A stretch of DNA of 64,000 nt from assembly GCA_964016885.1 (NCBI GenBank), contig OZ024744.1, forward strand, positions 38,688,001 to 38,752,000, read 5' to 3'. This DNA is from Eledone cirrhosa. Taxonomy: Eukaryota. Positions 38,911 to 51,329 of the stretch are shown here, piece by piece (the stretch's first letter is position 1; each line of letters opens with the position of its first letter). The notes beneath the pieces are model-generated. The model was given only the letters and a program-made list of their open reading frames with translations. It was not told the origin of the DNA and ran no database searches. A program made the translations under genes and the position numbers.

Positions 38911-39127
38911 AGATCAAAAGATGGTTAAAAGAGTTCCATGTATTTTATTATGGGCATTTCAAAAACAAATATCATCATGCAATAATATTTGTGTTTTCAT
39001 CAGATAAAATAGGAAGACATGATATGAAGGTTAAAAAACAGTTGTGAATAGTGCAGTTTTCAATCAACATATTGCTTTATTGTACTACAATAAAACTCAC
39101 CTCCTACATATATATATATATATATAA

Positions 39128-39218
<91 letters not shown>

Positions 39219-39364
39219 GATTTTGAGTTTATGTTGGTTGTATACCAACACCTCAGTATGCAGGCTGGAGCACTCGACGAAGTGCGCAGGTTGGTTTGGT
39301 TACTCCGGAGTAGTGTAAAATAAAGTTAAATAAAAGTCAAATGATTAAAATTTAGCTTCGTTTA

Positions 39365-39423
39365 TTACTGCTATATATATTTCAGTGACAGCCATCTTTG
39401 GCTGTGACCTCTTCAGGCAGTGT
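39365..39423 (-). ncRNA. Minimal type-I hammerhead with palindromic stem III
   Basis: Minus strand: actgc-CTGAAGA-ggtcacagcca-aaga-tggctgtcact-GAAA-tatatata-gcagt. Confidence 0.75.
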
Positions 39424-39562
39424 GAATTAGTATGGTATAGACAAGTACATATGTTGTTTAGGTGTATGATATTGTCAATACTCTGATATGCCCAGTTCCT
39501 TGCTGGGTTGTTAATTCACTGGGGAACTGGCGTCCACCTGGTTCCTTACCACATTTCCTTCG

Positions 39563-39648
<86 letters not shown>

Positions 39649-39864
39649 TTATTTATTAAAATAACAGATAAAAGTTTAAGCAAAGAATCGCTTGATTGAT
39701 ATTTTTAGTTTCAGAAGATCCTGTTAAGGGTGAAAGCACCGATTCTTTGCTTAAACTTTAATCTGTTATTTTAATAAATAGTTGCTCTACCGTTCTTATA
39801 TATTTGATATATATTTATCCTTATCGAGCTCACTTTGGATTTTAGTCTTCAAATTTATTATTAT

Positions 39865-39915
<51 letters not shown>

Positions 39916-40239
39916 CACAATGCTCTCACCTTGCTGGCCACCAATTTCTTTATTTCTTTATAAATGAAAAAATAAGAACAACAATTCATTAATCGACAAT
40001 CATGTTTAAAAGGAAGTTTTGATTGAAAAACAAAAGAAAGAAACGCGTAATTCGCGACATATTATTTTTTAATTCGTTCTTTCTTTATTTATTCGTTTAT
40101 TTATTTAGTGTTCTGTTCATTAAAAGAACAGACTAGCGTGGGAGTATTGAGTTGTGTAAGGTGTTGCAACGTATTCTATTGTTATCTATGTCTGTGTGTG
40201 TTTCTAATAGGGGGGTTGTGTGTACACAAGCATGCACCT

Positions 40240-40416
40240 GTATTTGTGTGTGTGTGTGTGTATGTGTGTGTGTGTGTGTATGTTTGTGAGTGTGTGCTTG
40301 TGACTGTGCGTGTATGTGACTGTGTGTATGTGTGTATGTGTATGTGTGTGTGTGTGTGTGTGTGCATGTATGTGTGTGTGTTTGTGAGTGTGTGCCTATG
40401 ACTGTGCGTGTATGTG

Positions 40417-40451
<35 letters not shown>

Positions 40452-41032
40452 ATGTATGTGTGTGTGTTTGTGAGTGTGTGCCTGTGACTGTGCGTGTATG
40501 TGACTGTGTGTGTGTTTGCATGAGTATGTGTAAGTGCATGTGTGTAATTCTGTGTCTGTGTGTGTATGTGTGTAGCGTCTGTGCCTGTGCCTGCATGTCT
40601 GAGTGTGTGTGCGTGCGTCTGAGTGTGCGTGTATCTGTCTGTGTGTGTATATATGTGTATGTATGTGAGTGTGTGTGTGTATGCATATTTGTGTATGCAT
40701 GTGTGTGTGTATGTGTGTGTGTGTGTGTATGTATGCGTGTGTGTGTGTGTATGCATCTTTGTGTATACATGTGTGTATGTGTGTGTATATATGTGTGTGT
40801 GTGTATGTGTATTTATGCGTGTGTGTATGCATGTGTGTATGCATGTGTGTGTCTACATGTGTGTATGTATATGTGTGTCTGTGTGTGTATATGTGTATGT
40901 ACGCGTGTGTGTATGCATGTGTGTCTGTCTGTGTGCGTATATGTGTGTATGTGCGTGTATGTGTGTGTCTGTGTGTATATATGTGTATGTATGCGTGTGT
41001 ATATGCATGTGTGTGTCTGTGTGTGTGTGTGT

Positions 41033-41083
<51 letters not shown>

Positions 41084-41180
41084 TGTTTATGCGTGTGCGT
41101 ATGCATGTGTCTGTCTGTCTGTGTATATGCATGTGTGTGTCTGTCTGTGTGTGTGTCTGTCTGTGTCCGTGTGTCTGTGA
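40240..41180. repeat. Compound degenerate (GT)n/(GTAT)n microsatellite block
   Basis: Direct reading. Confidence 0.95.
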
Positions 41181-41714
41181 TAGATAATAGTTTTTCTTTC
41201 CTTCGTTCTAAAGTAACAACGTTTGCAATTAAGCCATTTCAGCTGAAAAAACACATATAATATGAAACAAAAAAATAATAAATAAAAAAGGACAATAAAA
41301 ATAAAATTAAAAAATGAAATGAAAGAAACCTAATATGCCACCGGAAGTAGCCTTCAGACCGGAAGTAATACAATTATTGAAGTTATTCATAAAAAATAAC
41401 TTTCTAGTCACATGCTTATTATTTTTTTCTTTCATTTTTTTTTTATTATAATTTTATTTCTACTTGTTAGTTTTTGTTTTATAATTTCTTCGCCATCATA
41501 TTTTTACCTGCTCTCTCCACACCCAATACCTTACCTTTACTTTTTCTTTCTTCTTCTTTTTGGGGGTGTGGGGGTGGAGGTGCAATTTTCATGCAGCAAA
41601 TATGTATTTGTGAAAGTGTGTGTGTATGTAATATATATGTACACACGCACACAGACACACAGACACATACACACATATGCACAGACACACACACATATAC
41701 GCAGACACATAGGT

Positions 41715-41799
<85 letters not shown>

Positions 41800-43779
41800 T
41801 GTGTGTGTGTGTCTGTGTGTGTGTCTGTGTGTGTAACACGATGTACGTGGAAATTTGAATGCGAACTAAAGGATTATGAATAAATATGTAATTGATATTT
41901 TTTACTTTTAAAAAAATGGAGTATGGCTTAAATGAACAAATATGATAGGAAACTCCAAAATATTTTTATAAGCACCTGCAGGTTCATATAAAGATGTTTA
42001 CCAGGGTGCCTTCCTGACACGGTAAATCATTTGTGTGGTTATCATCATAATCAGCAAAAACAACCTGATGGAAAAGCTCTTCGTAGTCACCCCACCTGTT
42101 AGAAATATCAATTAAATTTTCCTCAAATTACACCATAGTATATGTTATGATATAATGTAATGTAATATATTGTAATGTAATATAGTATAATATATAATTG
42201 TTTCTACTTTCTGCACAAGGCCAGCAATTACCCCCAGTGCATTACTGGTGCTTTATTTATCGACCCCATGAAGATGAAAGGCAAAGTTAAACTCGGCAGG
42301 ATTTGAACTTAGAATGGAAAGGGCCGTAACTCTATGCTGAAAAACATGATACTGCCAATCCACCGCCCTTATAAAATAATATAACATAATATAATATAAT
42401 ATAATATAATATAATATAATATAATATAATATAATATAATATAATATAATATAATATAATATAATATAATGGTTTATTATTCATGCACAAACCCAGAAAT
42501 GTAACTGCAGGGAAAAGTTAATTTTATTTACGCCAGTACGCACGGGATTTGTAGTTTATTTTATTGGCATCGAAATGATGGAGAGAAAATTTTGCCCGAT
42601 ACTCTAACGCAGAGGTTCACGAAGTGAGCGCTACCGACCCGGGAGGGAGGGGGGCATAGAGAAAAAACAAGGTAGCGCTGGGGCCTAGGGGTGGTGGGGG
42701 ACGGTAGAGATGATATAATAGTATATTAGATATCAAATGATACATATTATATATAAATATAGTAAAATAAAAAAATATATATTTATTTATACATAGTATA
42801 TATTATATTATTTATTATTTATATTACTTATATATAAATTAATGATTTTATTTATTACATATTATTTACAATTTACGTTTAGGTAGGTCTCTCTGGAAAT
42901 AGGGGTGGGGGCACTAAGGGAATTTCGTGGTCGTTAATTTATTGTCCTCACTGTTTTATATAATAACAAATGATTTAATCCAAACTCAATACTTCTAAGA
43001 TGTATGTACTTGAAAGATATACCTTTTATCATAGGTCTGAACAATGAGGATTGACTTGCAAATAAGCAACAATAAAAGTTATATATATATATATATATAT
43101 ATAATAAATAAGAGAAACGGTTTTATTCGTACATCCCATTGTATTCGTTATACGTAATTCGAAGATGTAAGGTAGTTGTATAATAACTGCATTCCACGTA
43201 CTCTTCAGACAAACACATGAGATGTAATATTATATTGATATGTTACCAGTAGGACGTGTTATTCACCTCGCCGACCAATACACATATGGCCAAATTCTCT
43301 TGTAGCAGTTCTATTATGTGTTGGAGATAGTATTATTGCTGGCATTGGTGGTTGTAAGCTGACTTGGGTATCAGGTTGCCAGATTTGTTGCTTGATTCAT
43401 AGTATGGAATGAAAGAACTGTTAATATATTTTTTTATCTTTTTAAATTTCCGAACTAGATTTTACTTACTTAGATATTTGTACTTTGATAGTGATGTTAT
43501 AATATATCTATATACTTATTAGTGGTTTATTAATTAGTTGATAGTCTATTTTATATTATTTACGGAAGTTTTAACTATATATTCTGTGGAATGTCTTATA
43601 TATTTTATGTAGACAAGTATTAAATGTGTCAGAGCATTTATTGATAATTTTGTGTCTACCATTTATGATGTGTAAGGTAGTCATTATATAACTCCTCCTC
43701 CTTCTACCCATCATCATCATCATCATTATCGTCATAATCATCATCATCATCAGAATAAGAATAATAATAAGAAGGGGGA

Positions 43780-43912
43780 GGAGGAGCAGAGGAGGAGGAG
43801 GAGGAGAAGAAGAAGAAGAAGAAGAAGAAGAAGAAGAAGAAGAAGAAGAAGAAGAAGAAGAAGAAGAAGAAGAAGAAGAAGAAGAAGAAGAAGAAGAAGA
43901 AGAAGAAGAAGA
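43780..43912. repeat. (GAG)n(GAA)n trinucleotide tract; a second (GAA)n tract at 44655-44752
   Basis: Direct reading. Confidence 0.95.
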
Positions 43913-44861
43913 ATTTTATAGTTCAAATTTTCGTGTTTTCTCCTCAAGATGTACTTCATTTTCTATCCATCGAATGACCCTTAACTCTTGATGGAGTCGT
44001 ACATACAGTGTGTTTTTTTGTTTTTTTTTTGTGTATTTAAATCTAGTTGTTCCAATATCTCTCCACATCTAAAGACAGCTGATTTCTGGTAAAGAGTGAG
44101 AAAGAAAGAAAAAAGAAAATAGAGGCGGAGAGAGTGTGCGTGAGAGAGAGAGAAAATAAGAGTGATTTATAGAAAGAATGGACCCCCAGTACAAGACTGC
44201 ACCTTTATACATCAACCTCGAAGATATGAAAGGCAAAGTTGACACCGGCGGGATTTGACATCACAGCACAGAAAACCGGAACAAATACCGTAAACATTCT
44301 ATCCGACATTCTAATAACTCTGCCACTTCGCTGCCTTGGATTTTATTATAATAGCTGTTAAATACCAAAGATATGTGGAACAACTGACGTTGAAACTATC
44401 TCTTTGACATCATATACACGTGGTGGGATAGGGATATGGGCTGGTAAGTATCGGCTTCTCTATCTGTCTGATTTTTTTTTTTTTTTCCCTTTAAAAAAAA
44501 AAAATTTAGGAAAGACGATGGAATGTTTTGAAATTGATGCTATCCCATTCCCGGGGGAGAAGAGAGGGCCTCGAAGCTCTTCCGGATTTACTAACAGCAC
44601 AATATCGAGAACAACATGAAATACAATGGAAACAAAATAATGAGTTTAAGGGAAAAGAAGAAGAAGAAGAAGAAGAAGAAGAAGAAGAAGAAGAAGAAGA
44701 AGAAGAAGAAGAAGAAGAAGAAGAAGAAGAAGAAGAAGAAGAAGAAGAAGAAACAAGTGAATGACGATTGTGTCCGCTTCGGCAAAAAATAAAAAAATAT
44801 TTAAACAAAATAAAGATAAAACAGGAAACAATAACAATAATAATAACAAAACATTCAGTAG

Positions 44862-44915
<54 letters not shown>

Positions 44916-45122
44916 GTGTGTGTGTTTATATATATATATGTGTGCGCGCGCGTATGTGTGAGGGCGTGTATGTGTTTGTGTGTGAGTGTCTATGTGTGTG
45001 TGCGCATGTATGTGTGTACGTATGTGTATGCATGTGTCTGTATATATATGTATATACACACACATATATGTGTGTGTATGTGTGTGTGTGCATGTATGTG
45101 TGTACGTATGTGTATGCATGTG

Positions 45123-45164
<42 letters not shown>

Positions 45165-45660
45165 TATATATGTACATATATATATATGTGTGTGTGAGTA
45201 TGAATGTAAATGGGGGTGGGGGTAAATCTATCATGGTAATTGGTATTTACCGCCACAAATTGCCGTTCGTACAACAGAAACGAAAGTATATATTTACAAA
45301 TAATAATAGTATAAGTTGATGTTTAACGAGATTGCTGCCGAAAGTGAGTGGCTCGTCTGAGAGAATCATTTGGCTTTGTTAAGTGTCAGTTTACACAGAG
45401 GATGTGGAACTAGAAATATATGGTCAGTTTTCAATAAGAGATTCAGCACGTACCAACCCTCAATCTAACAATACAATATGTACGTTCTAAATACGTAAAT
45501 ATATCTATGTGTACATACATATATACGTAAATATATGTATGTGTACATACATATATACATAATTGTATACATAATTGTATACATAATTGTATACATAATT
45601 ATATACTTAATTGTATTCATACATAATTACATACATACATATATACATATATACATACAT

Positions 45661-46216
45661 GTGATATGGCACAGGAAGAAGAAAATATGCACAGTAGTGG
45701 AAATTAGCTGCCCAGCAGATGCCAATATAATATCAAAGATTAGTGAAAAGGAAAATATTTATGCAGAACTGATGAGAAATCTGCAGATACTCCACCCTGA
45801 TTACACCTTCAGATTTATGCCTGTGATTATTGGGGCACTGGGGTATGTTAGTAACTGCCTCAATACACATCTTGTGAAGCTGGGCTTCACAGGAACAGAA
45901 AGAACACAACTAGTTAGGAAATTACAAGTACAATCCATTAATGGAACAGTAAAAATATGTAAAACATTCCAAAAATTCTGTATGTAATAACTGTATATAC
46001 ACATGTACAGGTACAAAGCATATACACATGCACACATAAAACTGAAAACATTCACATCCACACATACAATAACATCCATATCTACACATGCAGACATACA
46101 TACATATCTACCTAGTTGATGTTGTGTAAATTCCAATGAGAGAGTCTTGTGTCTATGTTAGAAACAGACTCTCTCTCTATTGGTAAAATTTTGTGAAATT
46201 ATAAAACCAGAAGAAC
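45661..46216 (+). mobile_element. 3' fragment of an RLE-type (R4/NeSL-like) LINE ending in (CATA)n
   Basis: IW...CTVVEISCP...MPVIIGALG restriction-like endonuclease C-terminus. Direct repeat of 47751-48310. Confidence 0.8.
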
Positions 46217-46221
46217 ATACA

Positions 46222-46255
<34 letters not shown>

Positions 46256-46280
46256 CATACATACATACATACATACTCTA

Positions 46281-46486
46281 TGGTGGCTGCCAACTCGTTT
46301 TCGAGTACGGCCACTACTTTATATCCATGTAGGAGAACGCCTACCGATGCGGTGAACGAGTGTGACTTTTTAGTCCAGCCAGCGACTTGAAAACTCTGGT
46401 ACAAACACTACACTTGTGACAATTATTGACACATAGTGCTGGGCCCATGGTACCATGTGACGACAAGTGAAGAGAGATCTCCAGAT
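46281..46486 (-). mobile_element. 3' end of an RTE-like LINE with a terminal C2H2 motif and (TGTA)n tail; second copy 48314-48518
   Basis: The second copy translates CSVCTRVFKSLAGLKSHTRSAHR*. The two copies are closely similar. Confidence 0.6.
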
Positions 46487-47429
46487 ATAAAGCAATGCAT
46501 GTGCCGTGAAGCTTTTATAGTGAGCAAAGGCACTGCACAAAGCCAGTCCCACTCTCTTAACCAAGATGATATTTACCAAAAAGAAGAACAAGTCAACATC
46601 ATTGGATACCATCAGGGTTGCAGGTGTTATATCAGAGTTTTCCTTCTCCTAGAATTCTGCCTTGACAAAGGCTAAGGGGTCATCTCTCCCGGACATAATA
46701 CATACATACATACATACATACATACTCACATACACACATACATACATACATACATACATACATACATACATACATACATACATACATACATACATACATA
46801 CATACATACATACATACATACATACATACAGGAAGGTGGCCGGTCAAAAAAAATACTCGAAATTAAGAGAAAGAGAAAACATACATAATGGCTGCAACAC
46901 GAGTAATGCCATCACTTGATACTTAAGCACGAGCACCACAGACGTGGCTTTTTAGTCCTGCAAGAGACTTGCCTATGGCCAGCAATACCATGTATCACAA
47001 AAAATGTCACATATCAAACGATGTCAGTGCTCGAAGCTATTTTAAGTGAGGAAAGGCTTTGCACGAGGCCAATCCCACTCTCTCAACATCGAATGCATTT
47101 ACTCAAAAAGAAGAACTGGTCTACATCATTGGATGCAAACGAATGTACAGGTTATATATCAGAGTGACCTTCTACCAGAGAGATGCCTTAATGAAAACTA
47201 GGAGTCTGCCCCCCCCCCCCAATGATATACTTTATCTGATGGCCGTTGGCTCTCCTGTGTTCCCTCAGCTCTTTGACGGGTTTTGTTTTTCATCCCACAG
47301 GGTGTCCAATTTCAACCTCCACACCAAGCAAGCTTGGTGGGGTTGCCGGTTTCGTCACCGACGATCCGACCATGCACAGGTTGTACTGGGTGACATGTTA
47401 CCAGTAGAGCTGAAGAACGACCTGACATA

Positions 47430-48310
47430 CAAACATCCATACATACAGAGTGAGAGTAATATAGATAAAGAGTGTAGTCTATCTTGGACCAAAACCCACT
47501 ATATTGGCTCCCACTTTGAAGGATACGCTTTTGCAATGAAAGAACAGGAAATCAACACGAAATACCTGCTTCACAAAAGAGATAGGGATGCAAGCAAAAC
47601 ACCTAGATGTGACAAGTGCAGACTCTGCAGAATTAACATCGAAGATAAACACATTAAAAGCAACAGCAATGTGAAAGATATACATATACATAATATGAAA
47701 GAGTACTGGAGGAATGTTCCAGTAAAATGCAGGCATAACAGACCAGATATAATGATATGGGACATCGAAAAGAAGAAAGCATGTACACTAGTGAAGGCTA
47801 GCTTCCCAGCAGATGCCAATATAATATTAAAGATTAGCGAAAAGGAGAATATTTATGAAGAACTGATGAGAAATCTGCAGATACTCCACCCTGATTACAC
47901 CTTCAGATTTATGCCTGTGATTATTGGGGCACGGGGATATGTTAGTAACTGCCTCAATACAAATCTTGAGAAGCTAGGCTTCACAGGAACAGAAAGAACA
48001 CAACTAGTTAGGAAATTACACGTACAATCCATTAATGGAACAGTAAAAATATGTAAAACATTCCGAAAATTCTGCATCTAATAACTGCAAACACATGTTC
48101 TGATACAAAGCATATGCATACATACAACTCAAAACATACACTTCCATACATACAATACCATCCATACCTGCACACACATATATGCAGATTTGCATACATA
48201 TCTACCTAGTTGATGTTGTGTAAATTCCAATGAGAGAGTCTTGTATCTATGTGAGAAACCGACTCTCTCTATTGACAAAAATTTGTGAAATTATAAAACC
48301 AGAAGAACAT
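47430..48310 (+). pseudogene. Longer 3' fragment of the same RLE-type LINE (internally deleted)
   Basis: EGYAFAMKEQEINT, CRLC, HNRPDIMIWD (PD motif), MPVIIGARG. The N-terminal part of ORF 47059-48081 is unrelated read-through. Confidence 0.8.
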
Positions 48311-48719
48311 ACATGGTGGCTGCCAACTCGTTTTTCAGTACGGCCACTACTTCATCTCCATGTAGGAGAACCCCTACCGATGCGCTGAGCGAGTGTGACT
48401 TTTTAGTCCAGCCAGCGACTTGAAAACTCTGGTACAAACACTACACTTGTGACAATTATTGACACATAGTGCTGGGCCCATGGTACCATGTGACGACAAG
48501 TGCAGAGAGATCTCCAGATACATACATACATGCATACATACATACATACATACATACATACATACATACATACATACATACATACATACATACATACATA
48601 CATACATACATACATACATAGACTGATACTTTATTTATCGACCTCGACCTGGTTCTATGTTTTCTTCGTAAAACGCTTTATTTAATTTTGCTCGTTTACT
48701 CAGCTGAAAATGAGTTTCA

Positions 48720-51275
48720 GCAGCTACTGGGGATTTAAATCCATGATGGACTGGCGCCATGTCCAGGGGAGAGTTTTGTGCTCTCAGCCGCTTGACTCCG
48801 CGGAAACTGGGATAAGCATCGGCTTGTTGAGTCTCCAGTCTTTTGACACACCTTAAACTTTTTTTAAACCAGCTCCATGTTCGTGGAACTTTGCATTTCG
48901 TTTTCTTAAAGTAGGTGCTATGAAGGGATTTTTCATGAAAATTGCTTTTCCCCTTTGTTGTTACTTCCTCATTGAACATCTGGTCTATTGTCCTCTTCTT
49001 CAGTACAACTTTCAGCATCGGTCCAACTCTCAAACACATATGTGCAGGCTGCTTTTCTCCATCTGAACAGTCCTCTATGCTGATAAGACCTCTTCCACCT
49101 TCAGATCTCTTTAAGTAGAATCTGCCTCCAGAGCACCCAAATATTTGTATCCCTCTTCAGTGTCATTTCCTTTATCATCTCACCCGTTGGTACCTGGGTT
49201 GCGTTGCTTCTGTTCAATTTACCCCTCTTCATCACAAGGACTCCACACTCATTAACACCAAATTCCATACATCTTTGCTGAAAATACGGACAGTGTTAAC
49301 AAGTACATCCAAATAATTTTAGATCGTCCATGAAGAAGAGGTGGTTGATGGTAAGCTCTCCTCTTCCCAGCTTGTATCCTGCTTTCACTTTTCGCAATAT
49401 GAGGGACAATGGTATGAGGGTAAGGACAAACAACAAAGGGGACAAACTATCTCTTGATCTTCACTTCTCCCAAGGATTCTCCCTTGATGTTAGCTCTGTT
49501 TCCCAGGACTTCACAATTTTACTTAATAGCTGTCTGATGTTGTCTGCCACCTTGAAGATCTCTAAGCTTTTGGTGATCCAAGAATGAGGAACCATGTCGA
49601 ATATCTTCTTGTAATCTATCCATCCCATAGCAAGACCAGTATGCCTCCTCTTGCAATTCCTTATTATCATCTTATCAATAAGTAACTGGTCTTTTATACC
49701 ACGGGACTTCTTTTGGCATCCTTTCTGTTCGTCCGGTAATAAGTTGTTTATGTGGAAGTGATAGTAGATTTCCTCAGACACAATGCTTGTTAACAGTTTC
49801 CACAATATGGACAGGCATGTGATAGGTCTATAGTTGGTGACCTCATTATCCTTGATTCGGTCTTTTATAACCAGAACTGTGGTACCTTTTGTCAACCACT
49901 CTGGTACTTCACCCACCACCAAACTGTCATTGAACATGGTTGTGAGTTTTGGGTGGTGGGATGTTATATTTTTTAACCAATATCCTTGCACACCATCTGG
50001 GCCTGGTGATTTCCAGTTGGTTAGTTTTTTGGCCTGCCCTTTAAGAGTTTCAGCTGTGGTATTCAAATCAGGTTGTTGGTGTGCTTGTTCACTAATCTCA
50101 TTTTTAACTATCTCAATCCTCACTACCTGACTATTATGTTCAACATCCTGCTCCCATATTCTTCCCCAGAATGTCTTAGTCTGTTCAGCCTCAGGGATCA
50201 CGTCGTTACCTCTTTCTTTCCCTTCAAGCTGTTCAAACAACATCTTCTAGTTGTTGTCAAACATGTGGTTCTGTCTATACTGACTGACTCTGTTCCCATA
50301 CTGCCTAATCTTTGTGCTTTTTGCTACAATGCGTTGCTTCGTTTCCTCTATGATGACATTTAGTTCTTTTCCCTTAATGTTGAAGTTTATTTTCAATCTA
50401 TCTTTAGTGTCTATGTTTTGTAATGTCCCATTTAGTAAAGACACAAGCTTTCCAATGTCTTTTCTTATTTCCTTGATTTTACCTTTCAGTCGCCTCTTAC
50501 AAGGCTCTGTCCTTTTTTGCTTGTTGTTTCCTCTCGTTTTTATACCAAGTAATTTTTTCACCACATTTGCGGTTGCTTTGAGGATGTTTTTGTATTAGTG
50601 AAGGTTCTTCGCCTCGAGGTTTGGGATGACCTTGTTTACCTTAGCTGTCATTTCTTTTAACTTTTTCCCGTCTACAAATCTTAGGTTCATAGGCTTTCCA
50701 CTATCATTGTTCATTTCATCTATCACTAAGTTCAGGATATCAACCAAATCTTGTCCCAGCCCGTCAGCATTCATTTCCTCAATGGCCTATCTTTGTTCCA
50801 GATGTTATTTATTTCAGCATTCAGATCATTGTCTGCTTCGGTTGCTTCTTGAAGTCGCTCAACCTCTTTACCTTAATTTCCCACTGGCTCATTTGCTTGA
50901 TATACTCCACTCTCCATTTCCAACTCAATCTCTTTGCTCAGTTCCTCCAGTTCCAACTCGCTTATCCATACATTAGTTCTTATTACACGAGCCTTACCCG
51001 CCAATTTTTGTTCCCTAATTTAAATAGACCAGATGTTATGCATCCGTTTCCTATAGCCTTTTTTCATTGGATCTTCAGGTAAGATTTCATGACAGTTCTA
51101 TCCAATTCTTTCGTCCAGTTAGTTATTGCGCCATTCCTTATTTTTCTTCCAACGCCAGCAGTATTTGGATGACAGCCAAGTCCCTGCTGCTGGAACAATG
51201 AGCACTTGCTGGGTGAGAGTCTTTCACGTGAAGCAGCCCCCTTTTCATCGTTATTCGAACTATATAGGATCGGTA
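48720..51275 (-). pseudogene. Decayed, internally deleted R4/Dong-type LINE (paralog of 56.6-60.2 kb)
   Basis: WKSPGPDGVQGYW, NYRPITCL, EQKGC, WIDYKKIFDMVPH. Collinear with 57400-60130. Stops and frameshifts. Confidence 0.9.
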
Positions 51276-51329
51276 TTTAAACCCTCATATAGAGGATTAG
51301 TTAATTTAAGGTTTCAACTGAACTTATTG

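Noticed and set aside
40108-41858. Long His/Thr- or Cys/Val-rich ORFs (also at 85-371, 6815-8093, 15431-15764, 17869-18417, 23003-23564, 44646-45319)
   Set aside because: Stop-free translations of dinucleotide microsatellites.
43120-43215. Minus-strand CTGAAGA-gtac...gtac-GAAT hammerhead-like motif
   Set aside because: GAAA core and stems I/III are not satisfied.
47059-47430. N-terminus of the 340-aa ORF as part of one protein
   Set aside because: It reads through unrelated repeat fragments and a poly-C run before entering the LINE frame.
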